From Paraconexibacter sp. (GTDB lineage: Bacteria > Actinomycetota > Thermoleophilia > Solirubrobacterales > Solirubrobacteraceae), in NCBI RefSeq assembly GCF_041602235.1, contig NZ_JBFIGP010000001.1, positions 1 to 44,032 on the forward strand: a stretch of DNA of 44,032 nt, read 5' to 3'. A model generated the notes under the pieces. It was given only the letters and a program-made list of their open reading frames with translations, was not told the DNA's origin and searched no databases. Made by a program: the position numbers and the translations under genes. Positions 7,676-16,501 of this stretch are shown piece after piece (within the stretch, counting starts at the first letter, position 1; each line of letters begins with the position of its first letter).

Positions 7676-8716
7676 CTACCCGGGGTCGGCGCTCTCGCCC
7701 GCCTCGGGCTCGTCCGGCCCGGGAGGGAGTGCGCCGAGCACGCCCGCGACACGGGCGCGGACCTCCTCGTCCACCCCGACCGTGGCCGCCGCGCGGACGC
7801 GCGGCGTCATCGGAGGCGCCCCGAAGTTCCGCAGGGCGAGGTCGAGCGCGCCGACGGGGACCGCGGCGGCCGCGCACAGCTCCGAGGCCCGGCGCGAGAG
7901 GTTGATCGCGTCACCGATGCCGAACACGCGCTTGGCCGCCAACACCGTCGGGTCGGTGGCGTCCGCGCCGAACCCGAGCGTCCAGGGCTCCAGGTCCGCG
8001 AGGTCCAGGCAGGACACGAGGAGCAGCAGCTCGAACCGGGGCGCACGGGCGAGGCCCGGCAGGGCCAGACGCTCGAACGCGCGGTCGAAGCGCCGCTGGC
8101 GCGACCACGCGGCGTCGCCCGCGAACGCCGCCGCCTGCGAGCCTGCGCGCTCCGCCCAGGCCCGGTACGCCGTGAACGTCGCCGCGGCACCGCGGCGCGG
8201 GTCCACTCCGGGGCGAGGCCCGAGCGGCATCTCCCCCGGGTCGGGCGTCTCCCCGCCGGCCCAGGTCGTGCGCACGGCGTCGATCGTCGCCCACGGCCCG
8301 TCGTCCCCGTCCTCCAGCGGCGAGAGCACGGCGATCTGGAACGCCAGCCACAGCGCCTCCTCACGGTCCTCCTGGGCCGCAGCGGTTCCGTAGCGACCGG
8401 GCGGGGTGACGGACAGCTCCTCGATGCGCGCCACGGAGAACGCGATCTCCTCGGAGAGCCGTACCGCGTCCGCCGTGGCGCGCAGCCCCGGGACCAGCTC
8501 GTTCGCGTACCCGTCCTCGACCGCGCGCGCCTCCTTGCGGACCGTCACTCCGGGGCGCGTCCTCGCGGAGCCGGACCGCGTGCGTGGTGCACGCGACGGT
8601 CGGGGCCCCGACGACCCACGGCGCTGCGGGACCCCGTCGGCCGCCTCCTTCCTCGCCTTGGCGACGCAGACGGGGCAGCGGTCCTCGAGTCGACCGTGAC
8701 GGCAGAACGTAGGCAT
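7676..8716 (-). CDS. Hypothetical protein resembling alpha-glutamyl/putrescinyl-thymine pyrophosphorylase clade 3 (aGPT-Pplase3, HhH fold) with N-terminal Cys/His finger
   Basis: Start MPTFCRHG at ATG 8716 with TAGACT -10 8 nt upstream. The order EALWLAF...TW...AYRAW...SQ...RFDRAFERL..PGLARAPRFELL...LEP...AAKRVFG...LDLALRNF matches my recollection of aGPT-Pplase3. The CDS is solid; the family call is tentative. Confidence 0.6.
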   Translation of the reverse strand: MPTFCRHGRLEDRCPVCVAKARKEAADGVPQRRGSSGPRPSRAPRTRSGSARTRPGVTVRKEARAVEDGYANELVPGLRATADAVRLSEEIAFSVARIEELSVTPPGRYGTAAAQEDREEALWLAFQIAVLSPLEDGDDGPWATIDAVRTTWAGGETPDPGEMPLGPRPGVDPRRGAAATFTAYRAWAERAGSQAAAFAGDAAWSRQRRFDRAFERLALPGLARAPRFELLLLVSCLDLADLEPWTLGFGADATDPTVLAAKRVFGIGDAINLSRRASELCAAAAVPVGALDLALRNFGAPPMTPRVRAAATVGVDEEVRARVAGVLGALPPGPDEPEAGESADPG

Positions 8717-8900
8717 CGCCGAGCAGTCTAGGCGGACGCCGCGCCCGGACCGCCCGTCACCCTGGACCGTGATGACGGGCGGGTCCGGCGCGTCGGCTGG
8801 GCCCCGGCGTGGGACGGCGCCGGGACACAGGACCCGGACGTGCATCGGCCCCGGGACCAGGCGGTGAGAGCGGCCCGTCGTTCCCTGGCCGCAACGACGA

Positions 8901-8930
8901 GCGGCCCTCCCCACTGCCGGGGAGGGCCGC
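8901..8930 (-). terminator. Intrinsic terminator-like hairpin after the glycoside hydrolase gene
   Basis: Perfect 12-bp stem GCGGCCCTCCCC-actgcc-GGGGAGGGCCGC about 40 nt past the stop; followed on the minus strand by TCGTCGTT. Confidence 0.65.
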
Positions 8931-8968
8931 CGCGGACTTCCGGGCCCCGCGTCAGGCGGGGGCTGCGC

Positions 8969-9910
8969 TCACCGGCGCTTGCGCACGACCTCCCAGGCCG
9001 GGCGGGGCTGACCGTCGGGTCCGACCAGGCCGGCGTCGAAGGGACGGCCCTTGCCGTTGGCCTTCGGCATGTCGGCGTTGGTGCTGCCGGTCCAGTTGTA
9101 GAGGTAGACCTTCTTGATCGCGCTGTTCTGCCGGGCGATCTTGAACATCTGCTTGAACGACTTCGCCTGACGGGCGAGGTCGTACTTGAACGAGCCGAAC
9201 TGGGCGACGCCGCCGGTCTCCGTCAGCCACATCTGGCCGCCCTTCGGCAGGCCCTTCTTGATGATGTAGCGGGTGCGCGTCGAGGAGTTGCGGTTCGTGT
9301 CGGAGTAGTTGTGCAGGCCGTAGATCCTCGGCTTGCCCTTCTTCGCGTACTTGGTGAAGGCCTTCATGTACTTCGCCGCACCGCGGAAGTCCGTGTCGAG
9401 GACGTCGAGGGCGACGATCGTGCGCTTCTTGGCCCGCTTCTTCAGCTCGAGGAAGTAGTCCGCGGCCCGCTTGGCCCCGGCGTTGCCCTTGCAGAGCTTG
9501 TCGGGCTGGGACGGGCAGTGGTTGATCTCGTTCCACGGCTGGTAGTACTTGACGTGCTTGCCGTAGCGCTTGATGAACTTCGCCACGGCCTTCCCGTAGG
9601 CGGCCTTCGACGGCGCGACCTCCTTGCGGTTGTTCTGGCGGGAGACGTTGAACGCCACGAGGATCCGCGACTTGCTGGCCACGGCCGCCGCGAACCAGGC
9701 GTCGGTCTCGGCGACCTGCTGCGGGAACGACATGCCGTCCCACGGGAAGATGTAGCGGACGTCCTTGAGCTTCAACGGCTTGAAGAACGGGCTGGAGAAC
9801 ATCGTCGGCTGCTGATCGCCGATGCCGGTGGTGAACGCGGCCTGGCCCGAGGCCGGCGCGGCGAGCAGCGCCACGGCGGCGAGGCTCGCGAGGAGGGCGG
9901 TACGACGCAT
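8969..9910 (-). CDS. Secreted clan GH-A type glycoside hydrolase (TIM barrel), lysine-rich
   Basis: Signal peptide; acid/base motif WNE, LHNY, nucleophile motif WLTETGG, YLYNW and FDAGLV...RPAW. Confidence 0.75.
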   Translation of the reverse strand: MRRTALLASLAAVALLAAPASGQAAFTTGIGDQQPTMFSSPFFKPLKLKDVRYIFPWDGMSFPQQVAETDAWFAAAVASKSRILVAFNVSRQNNRKEVAPSKAAYGKAVAKFIKRYGKHVKYYQPWNEINHCPSQPDKLCKGNAGAKRAADYFLELKKRAKKRTIVALDVLDTDFRGAAKYMKAFTKYAKKGKPRIYGLHNYSDTNRNSSTRTRYIIKKGLPKGGQMWLTETGGVAQFGSFKYDLARQAKSFKQMFKIARQNSAIKKVYLYNWTGSTNADMPKANGKGRPFDAGLVGPDGQPRPAWEVVRKRR

Positions 9911-10014
9911 GGTCAGGGCATTCCTTGGGTCGGGTCGGTCGGTCCGTCGAGCGACGGCAGGCGGTGGAACACCCTAGCGGGACCGAAGTCGCGCTTCAGA
10001 GATGTTCCAGCGTC

Positions 10015-10635
10015 CTAGTCGGCGCGCCGGCCCAGTTCCTGAAGCCCGCCGATGAAGAGCGCCGAGATGAACTCCACCGCGGCGTCCACGTCCGGTGGGT
10101 CTCCCTGCAGCATCCGGACGCCGACCTCGAACCCGGCGCCCATCATGGCGACGGCCAGCGCGTCGGCATCGACCTCGGGCAGATGCCCGGCCGCGATGCC
10201 GGTGCGGATGTCCTCGGCGAGATCGTCGGTCCCGGCCCCTAGGACGGGCTCGTCGAACATCGCGCGGATCGTGCCCGCGTTGCGCTGCAGCACCGAGAAG
10301 AGCCGACGGTCCTCCGCCAGGAACTCGTAGTAGGCGCGGAAGCCGTTGGCGATGAACTCCTCCGCGCTCTCCCCCCGCAGGCGCGCCGCCCGCACGCGCA
10401 CGCGCACCTCCCCGGTCACCTCGTCGAGCAGCGCGCGGAGCACCGACTCCTTGTCCGGGAAGTAGTTGTAGAACGTCCCGGTCGCGAGATCGGTGCGGCG
10501 GACGATGTCGCGCACCGTCGCCGCGCCGTATCCGAGCTCGGCGAACACGTCGGTCGCGGCATCGAGGATCGCCTGGCGGTTGGCCGCCTTGGTGCGCTCC
10601 CGCTTGCCCGCCGAGGTGTTCGGGACGGTGCTCAC
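10015..10635 (-). CDS. TetR/AcrR family transcriptional regulator
   Basis: RERTKAANRQAILDAATDVFAELGYGAATVRDIVRRTDLATGTFYNYFPDKE HTH. The GTG start overlaps the FMO stop. Confidence 0.95.
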   Translation of the reverse strand: MSTVPNTSAGKRERTKAANRQAILDAATDVFAELGYGAATVRDIVRRTDLATGTFYNYFPDKESVLRALLDEVTGEVRVRVRAARLRGESAEEFIANGFRAYYEFLAEDRRLFSVLQRNAGTIRAMFDEPVLGAGTDDLAEDIRTGIAAGHLPEVDADALAVAMMGAGFEVGVRMLQGDPPDVDAAVEFISALFIGGLQELGRRAD

Positions 10636-11996
10636 GCGGGCACCGCCCCCGCCCGGGCCCGGGCCGGGATCGGCAGCGGACGACCGGTGGCGGCGGCGCG
10701 GGCGGCGCCCGCCGCGCGCTCCCGCGCCAGATCCACGAGGTAGTCGTCGAAGTCGACCTGGATCGTGTGCCGCTTGGACGTGACGTAGCGCTTGGCCATG
10801 GCCGCGTGATCCTCGCGGATGTCGGCGAGCAGCGCGTCGGGGCGCGGCAGCGCGTACTCGCCGCGGAGGTGATCGGCGATCCATGCCCCCTGCGCCTCGG
10901 CGAGCGGCATGACCGCCCCCAGCGGCTGCAGCAGGCCGGCGAAGAAGACGTCGCGGTGCTCGGGGTGGAACACGCGGCGGAACAGCTCGATGTGGTTGTC
11001 CGGCGCGGAGATGAGGTCCTCGTCGAAGAAGGGGAAGGTGATCTTGTACCCGGTGCAGTAGACGACCACGTCGCAGGGCACGCGCGAGCCGTCGGTGAAC
11101 TCGATCTCGCGGTCGTGCAGCCGGGCGATGTTCGGCTTCGGCGTGATGGTGCCGTGTCCGATGCGGTCCAGGATGCGCCCGGAGACCGTGGGGTGCGCCT
11201 GGCCGAACCCGTGGTCGGGCTTGGGCAGGCCGTACTTCTCCAGCGGCCCCGTCGCGGCGAGGACGAGCTTCTCGACGACGCGCCGCCGGATGCCGAACGG
11301 GATGCGGGTGTCGTTGCGCAGCTGATCGAAGGGCCGGCCGAAGAGGTACTTCGGCACGATCCATGCGCCGCGCCGGGCGGCCAGCCACGTGTGCCGGGCG
11401 ACGTAGGAGCTCTCGACCGCGAGGTCCATGGCGCTGTTGCCCATCCCGAGGATGACGACGTTCTTGTCGCGGAACGTCTCGTCCTCGCAGTAGCTGTGGG
11501 CGTGCATCTGCTCGATGCTCGTGGTGTCGTGCCCGGGGAAGGCGGGCTCCGGCCAGCGCGGGTCCCAGTGGTGGCCGTTGGCGACGATGAGGGCGTCGAA
11601 CCGCTCGACCGCGCCGTCGTCGAGGGTGAGCTCCCAGACGCCCGCGGCGTCCTTCTGCGCCCGAGCGACCTTCGTCGAGAACCGGATGGCGTCGCGGAAG
11701 CCGAAGTGGTCGACGTACTCCTCGAAGTACGCCGCGATCTGCGTGTGGTGCGGGTAGTCGGGGTAGGACTTCGGCATCGGGAAGTCCGAGTACTCCATGC
11801 GCTCCCGCGAGGTGTTGATGTGCAGGCCGCGGTAGGCGGCGGACATGCCGTTGGTGTTCCCGAACACCCAGTTGCCGCCGATCCTGTCGGACGCCTCGAA
11901 GCACGTGAAGGGGATGCCGCGCGTGTGCAGGGCCTTGGCGGCGGCGATGCCGGACGACCCGGCACCGATGATCGCGACGGACGGAAGCTCGGTCAT
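10632..11996 (-). CDS. Flavin-containing monooxygenase (FMO/CzcO family)
   Basis: FAD motif GAGSSG, GGNW, fingerprint-like QMHAHSY, NADPH motif GMGNSAMD and VVYCTGY. Start trimmed to MTELPSV. Confidence 0.95.
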   Translation of the reverse strand: MTELPSVAIIGAGSSGIAAAKALHTRGIPFTCFEASDRIGGNWVFGNTNGMSAAYRGLHINTSRERMEYSDFPMPKSYPDYPHHTQIAAYFEEYVDHFGFRDAIRFSTKVARAQKDAAGVWELTLDDGAVERFDALIVANGHHWDPRWPEPAFPGHDTTSIEQMHAHSYCEDETFRDKNVVILGMGNSAMDLAVESSYVARHTWLAARRGAWIVPKYLFGRPFDQLRNDTRIPFGIRRRVVEKLVLAATGPLEKYGLPKPDHGFGQAHPTVSGRILDRIGHGTITPKPNIARLHDREIEFTDGSRVPCDVVVYCTGYKITFPFFDEDLISAPDNHIELFRRVFHPEHRDVFFAGLLQPLGAVMPLAEAQGAWIADHLRGEYALPRPDALLADIREDHAAMAKRYVTSKRHTIQVDFDDYLVDLARERAAGAARAAATGRPLPIPARARAGAVPA

Positions 11997-12017
11997 GCGG
12001 ACCACCGTAGCAAAAGA

Positions 12018-12031
12018 TGACGCATGCGTCA
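12018..12031. promoter_or_regulatory. Palindromic operator, probable TetR binding site
   Basis: Perfect 14-bp palindrome TGACGCATGCGTCA flanked by AAAG/CTTT, just upstream of the minus-strand TACGGT -10 (12004-12009) of the FMO-tetR operon. Confidence 0.7.
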
Positions 12032-12148
12032 CTTTCGTTGTCCCGGCCCCGTCCCCGGCCGTCCGGGACGTCCTCCCGGTGCGCGCGCTCCCCGCGTCGC
12101 GTAGCCTGAGCAGTGCGCGAGGCGCCTTCCCGTCCCCACGGAGCGCCC

Positions 12149-14596
12149 ATGTTCGCAGTACCTCGCCGCATCCTCGCCGCCACGACCGCAGCGCTCGGGC
12201 TGCTCGCCCCCGCGGCCCTCGCCGCCGACTACAGCGGCACCGCGCGGAACATCATCCCCTCCGGCCAGCCCGGCGGCGTGCCGATCCCGCCAGGAGCCTC
12301 CACCCAGGCCGCGATGTACGACGGCCTGACGCCGCTCTTCGACCAGGTCACCCCGGGCGACCTCACCACCTACTTCAAGTCGGCGAAGTTCGGCGTCGCC
12401 GCGGACGAAGGCCCGGCCGTCCCCGAGACCGTGCCCCGCAAGGGCGTGACGCTGGTGCGGGACCGCTACGGCGTGCCGCACATCACCGGCAGGACCCACG
12501 ACGACGTGACCTGGGCGATGGGCTGGATGGCGCAGGCCGACCGGGGCCTGCTGCTGGCCCAGGGCCGGTACGCCGGGCGCGTCGCCGCCCTCGACGTCCC
12601 CGGTCTGAGCGCGTTCAGCCTGATCACCGGCCTCAAGACGTTCACCCCCACGAAGGCCGCCGACCGGCAGATCGACCGCGAGCAGACCGCGGCGCTGCGG
12701 CGAGCCGGCCTGGACGGGCGCCGGATCCTGCACGACATCGACGTGTACGTCCGCGGGATCAACGCGCGGCTCAGGGCCGAGAAGAGCACCGAGAAGCCCT
12801 GGACCCGCGTGGACGTCTACGGCGTCAACGCGCTCCTCGGGCAGATCTTCGGCGAGGGCGGTGGCGACGAGGCCCGCCGCTCGACCCTGCTCGCCGCCCT
12901 GCGCAAGCGCCTGGGCCGGACGGCGGGCACGAGGGTCTGGGACGACCTCACCCAGCACGCGGACGACAGCACCCCGGCCACCATCACGAAGCGGTTCCCG
13001 TACCTCCGCGTCCCGAAGCGGACCGCGGGCAACGTCGTGCTCGACGCCGGGAGCCTGAACGCCACCGCCTCGCGCGCGGCGACGGCCCAGGCCGCCGCTC
13101 GCCGGTACGCGAGCAACTTCCTCCTCGTCTCCGGCAAGCGCGCGACCGGCGGCCACCCGCTCTTCGTCGCCGGCCCGCAGATCGGCTACTTCTACCCCGG
13201 CCTCACGTTCGAGGTCGACGTGAAGGGCCCCGGCTTCCAGGCCCGTGGCGCCACCGCCCCGGGGTTCCCGGGCAACGTCCTCATCGGGCGCGGTCCGGAC
13301 TTCGCGTGGTCGTTGACCTCGGCGGGGAACGACCTCGTCGACCACTACGTCGAGACGCTCTGCGGTGGCTCGCGGTTGCGCTACCGCTACAAGGGCACGT
13401 GCCGCAGGATGCAGCGGCTGACCGTCGGGAGGATCGCGGGACGCAAGCGCAGCGTCACGATCCGCTCGACCGTGCACGGCCCCGTCCTCGGCTACGCGAA
13501 GGTCGCCGGCAGGACGGTGGCGATCTCGCGCAAGCGCTCGAGCCGCGGCAAGGACATCCTGTTCCAGCGGATGTTCCGCGACCTGACGCTCAACAAGGTC
13601 CGGTCGGCGAGGACGTTCATCGCCGCGGCCGCCAAGTCCCCCTTCACGTTCAACGCGGCCTACGCGGACGACCGCGACATCGCGATGTACTCGGCGGGGC
13701 TCCTGCCCAGGCGCCATCCCCGGGTCGATCCCCGCCTGCCGACGAAGGGCACCGGCGGGTACGAGTGGCGCGGCTACCTCCCGGCCTCCGCGCATCCGCA
13801 GCAGATCAACCCGGCGAGCGGCGCCCTGGTGAACTGGAACAACAAGCCGGCGCGGGGCTGGGGCAGCTCCGACAGCGAGTGGAGCTACGGTCCGGTCCAG
13901 CGCGTCGACCTGCTGAACGCCGGGATCGCGGCAAGACCGACGCACGACCTCGCCTCGGTCACCGCCGCGATGAACGCGGCCGCGACGCAGGACCTGCGGG
14001 CGATCGCCGTCGTGCCGCTGCTGGGCCGCCTCCTGGCCGGGACGCAGGCCCCCACCGCACGCGCCCAGGCATCGCTGGACGCGATGCTCGCCTGGAGCGC
14101 AGCGGGCGCGAGCCGCCTGGACCGCGACCTCGACGGCACGATCGACGCCGGCCCCGGCCCCGCGATCGTCGACGAGGCGTACCCCCGGCTGGCGGACGCG
14201 ATCATGCAGCCGGTGCTCGGCTCGCAGGCCAAGCTGTTCAGAGACCTCGAGGGCGCCGACAACTGGACCGGGAGCGGGTTCACCGGCGGCCGGATCAACC
14301 ACGTCGTCAAGGATCTGCGCAGGGTCCTCGGCGACCGGGATCCGTCCCCGTTCGCCACCCGCTTCTGCGGCCGCGGTCGGCTCGCAGCGTGCCGCGAGGA
14401 CCTCTGGGCTGCGATCGACGCCGCGGCAGGGACGCTCGCCGGCTCCCAGGGCCCGGACGTGAGCGCCTGGCGGGCCGACGCCACCGAGGAGCGGATCTCC
14501 TTCGCTCCCGGGCTGCTGCCGACGACGATCCGCTACACGAACCGCCCGTCAGGCATCCAGCAGGTGATCGAGTTCACTGGCCACCGCCGGCGCTGA
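12149..14596 (+). CDS. Penicillin acylase family (Ntn hydrolase, S45) secreted protein
   Basis: Signal peptide, RDRYGVPHI, AQADR, beta-subunit N-terminal SN (ASNFLLVSG), TVHGPV and NWNNKP. ATG 12149 is preceded by GGAG. Confidence 0.92.
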   Translation: MFAVPRRILAATTAALGLLAPAALAADYSGTARNIIPSGQPGGVPIPPGASTQAAMYDGLTPLFDQVTPGDLTTYFKSAKFGVAADEGPAVPETVPRKGVTLVRDRYGVPHITGRTHDDVTWAMGWMAQADRGLLLAQGRYAGRVAALDVPGLSAFSLITGLKTFTPTKAADRQIDREQTAALRRAGLDGRRILHDIDVYVRGINARLRAEKSTEKPWTRVDVYGVNALLGQIFGEGGGDEARRSTLLAALRKRLGRTAGTRVWDDLTQHADDSTPATITKRFPYLRVPKRTAGNVVLDAGSLNATASRAATAQAAARRYASNFLLVSGKRATGGHPLFVAGPQIGYFYPGLTFEVDVKGPGFQARGATAPGFPGNVLIGRGPDFAWSLTSAGNDLVDHYVETLCGGSRLRYRYKGTCRRMQRLTVGRIAGRKRSVTIRSTVHGPVLGYAKVAGRTVAISRKRSSRGKDILFQRMFRDLTLNKVRSARTFIAAAAKSPFTFNAAYADDRDIAMYSAGLLPRRHPRVDPRLPTKGTGGYEWRGYLPASAHPQQINPASGALVNWNNKPARGWGSSDSEWSYGPVQRVDLLNAGIAARPTHDLASVTAAMNAAATQDLRAIAVVPLLGRLLAGTQAPTARAQASLDAMLAWSAAGASRLDRDLDGTIDAGPGPAIVDEAYPRLADAIMQPVLGSQAKLFRDLEGADNWTGSGFTGGRINHVVKDLRRVLGDRDPSPFATRFCGRGRLAACREDLWAAIDAAAGTLAGSQGPDVSAWRADATEERISFAPGLLPTTIRYTNRPSGIQQVIEFTGHRRR

Positions 14597-15578
14597 GGGG
14601 AACCTGCGGCGGGCCGGGCGTCGGCAGCGGTCCCGTGCCCGGGCCGCCCCCGGGCGGATCCCCGTCGTGCGGCGGCCGCAGCAGCGACGCGAGCGTCGCG
14701 ATCACGAGCGTCGCGATGATCACGCCGAGCGACAGGCCGATCGGGATGTGCCAGAGGTCCTCGATCAGCATCTTGAACCCGATGAACACCAGCAGGAACG
14801 CGAGCCCGTAGCGGAGCAGGTGGAACTTCGCCTGCGCCCCGTCGAGCAGGCGGTAGAGCGCGCGCAGCCCGAGCAGGGCGAACGCGTTGGCGGCGAACAC
14901 GATGAAGGTGTCCGTGGTGATGCCGAAGATCGCGGGGATCGAGTCGACGGCGAAGATGACGTCGGCGGCCGCGACCGCCACCACGACGACCAGCAGGGGC
15001 GTCGCGACGCGGCGACCGCCCTCGTGCACGAACAGCCGATCCTCGCGGTACCCGTTGGTGACCGGGAAGAGCCGGCGCACGAGCTTGGTCCCCGGGATCT
15101 TGTCCGGGTCGACCTCCTCCTGCTCCTCGGTCAGCGCCATCCGGACGCCGGTGAACAGCAGGATGGCGCCGAACACGTACAGCACCCAGTGGAACGACTC
15201 GACCAGCGCAGCGCCGGCCACGATGAAGATCGCGCGCAGCACGAGGGCGCCGACGATGCCCCAGAGCAGGACGGTCGAACGCACGACCGTCGGGACGGCC
15301 ATCGCCCCGAAGATCAGGGCGAAGACGAACACGTTGTCGAGCGACAGCGAGCGCTCCAGCACGTAGCCGGTGAGGAACTCCGCTCCCGCGTCGGACTCCC
15401 CGGCCACGAAGAGGCCCACGCCGAACAGCAGCGCCACCGCGATCCACGCGATGCTGAAGATGACCGAGCGCCGCATGGACGCGATCTCGTCGCGCTTCTC
15501 GAACAGCAGCATGTCGACGGCGAGGCTGATGATCACGAAGATGATCAGGCCTGCCCAGAGGGTGATACCTGCGTCCAT
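14574..15578 (-). CDS. TerC/Alx family metal homeostasis membrane protein
   Basis: LERSLSLDNVFVF, GIVGALVLRAIFI, DVIFAVDSIPAIFGIT and FALLGLRALY motifs. Confidence 0.95.
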   Translation of the reverse strand: MDAGITLWAGLIIFVIISLAVDMLLFEKRDEIASMRRSVIFSIAWIAVALLFGVGLFVAGESDAGAEFLTGYVLERSLSLDNVFVFALIFGAMAVPTVVRSTVLLWGIVGALVLRAIFIVAGAALVESFHWVLYVFGAILLFTGVRMALTEEQEEVDPDKIPGTKLVRRLFPVTNGYREDRLFVHEGGRRVATPLLVVVVAVAAADVIFAVDSIPAIFGITTDTFIVFAANAFALLGLRALYRLLDGAQAKFHLLRYGLAFLLVFIGFKMLIEDLWHIPIGLSLGVIIATLVIATLASLLRPPHDGDPPGGGPGTGPLPTPGPPQVPLSAGGGQ

Positions 15579-15622
15579 GACGGCTTCCTGGTTCTGCGGC
15601 GGGAAAGATGGGGGGCGGGCCG

Positions 15623-16255
15623 TCAGACCCGCAGGAACTCACGGTACGGGACCGCGGGGAGTTGCGGCGATCCGGCGCCGACGGCGTCGTTCAACCGCTC
15701 GGCCAGCGCGACGGCCACGTCCTCCCGCCGTCGACTGCCCGGTCGCAAAAGGATACGGGTCAACGCGGTGAGACCGACGGCTCCCGGCGCGCTCGCAACC
15801 GTCACGACCACGGCGTCGCCCGTCGCGATGTCGGCGATCGCACGGGTCAGCGCGGTCCGCCGCGCGGCCGGACCGGTCCGCAGCAGGCGCGGCGAGACGA
15901 CGACCGTCGCGGCACGACGGGTGCGCGCGACCGCGCTCGCGCCCCGGTCGCACACCTCGCCGATGCGCACCTCGGGCGCCGGGACGCCGGCGGCAGCCGC
16001 GATGGCCCGGAGCGTGTCCCGCACCTCGTCGAGCGCTCCTTCCTCGTCGGAGGCCGGGCGACGGACAGCGTGGGCGCGCAGCACGAGGCGCGCCGCGCTG
16101 CGCACGTGGACGAGCGCCAGGACGGCGACCGCGGCGCCGGCCGCGACCGGTGGCACGCCGAGGACGACGAGCACGCAGGCGACCAGGGCATCGCCTCCGG
16201 CGAGCAGCAGCAGCGGCAGCGGCACGGAGGCCGGTACGGGGGGCGGCGAGGTCAC
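15623..16255 (-). CDS. Degenerate HtpX/M48-like membrane protein lacking HExxH
   Basis: Two N-terminal hydrophobic segments followed by an HtpX-like spine AAAAGVPAPEV...ATVVVSPRLL...ALTRAIADIATGD...SRRRED. GAAGGAG SD lies upstream of the GTG. Confidence 0.6.
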   Translation of the reverse strand: MTSPPPVPASVPLPLLLLAGGDALVACVLVVLGVPPVAAGAAVAVLALVHVRSAARLVLRAHAVRRPASDEEGALDEVRDTLRAIAAAAGVPAPEVRIGEVCDRGASAVARTRRAATVVVSPRLLRTGPAARRTALTRAIADIATGDAVVVTVASAPGAVGLTALTRILLRPGSRRREDVAVALAERLNDAVGAGSPQLPAVPYREFLRV

Positions 16256-16437
16256 GCCGGCGTCGGCTCCTTCCGGGGTCAGCGAGGGTCACGCACGCAC
16301 GTCGGGCGCACAACCCCGCCCCGGCACGACGGCGTCGCACCGGGGCGGAGGTCGGGTCAGCGCACGGATCCAGGGTGAACGTCGAGGCCGTGACGTGCCA
16401 CCGGACGGCCGGGGGAATCGCCGGTGCGACCGGGAGG

Positions 16438-16462
16438 TCCGATCGGAGGGGAGCCGATCGGC
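16438..16462. promoter_or_regulatory. Tandem 10-bp palindromes, candidate response-regulator binding site
   Basis: TCCGATCGGA (16438-16447) and GCCGATCGGC (16453-16462), 15-nt period, upstream of the TAGTCT -10 (16490-16495). Confidence 0.4.
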
Positions 16463-16501
16463 GCCGGTCCGGCGGGCCGACGTCGTGCGTAGTCTTGCCG
16501 C

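Noticed and set aside
5864-8731. 955-aa plus-strand ORF
   Set aside because: Arg/Pro/Gly-rich nonsense composition; it overlaps three better-supported minus-strand genes.
9965-10009. TGGAACA...TGTTCCA inverted repeat around the glycoside hydrolase promoter
   Set aside because: Only 7-bp arms with a 31-nt spacer; not distinguishable from chance.
11845-14811. 988-aa ORF overlapping the acylase, and similar alternate-frame ORFs throughout the window
   Set aside because: Off-frame products with Arg-rich composition and no domain signatures.
15579-15622. Possible yybP-ykoY manganese riboswitch upstream of terC
   Set aside because: The gap is only 44 nt and I cannot see the conserved elements; an Rfam scan of 15579-16500 would settle it.
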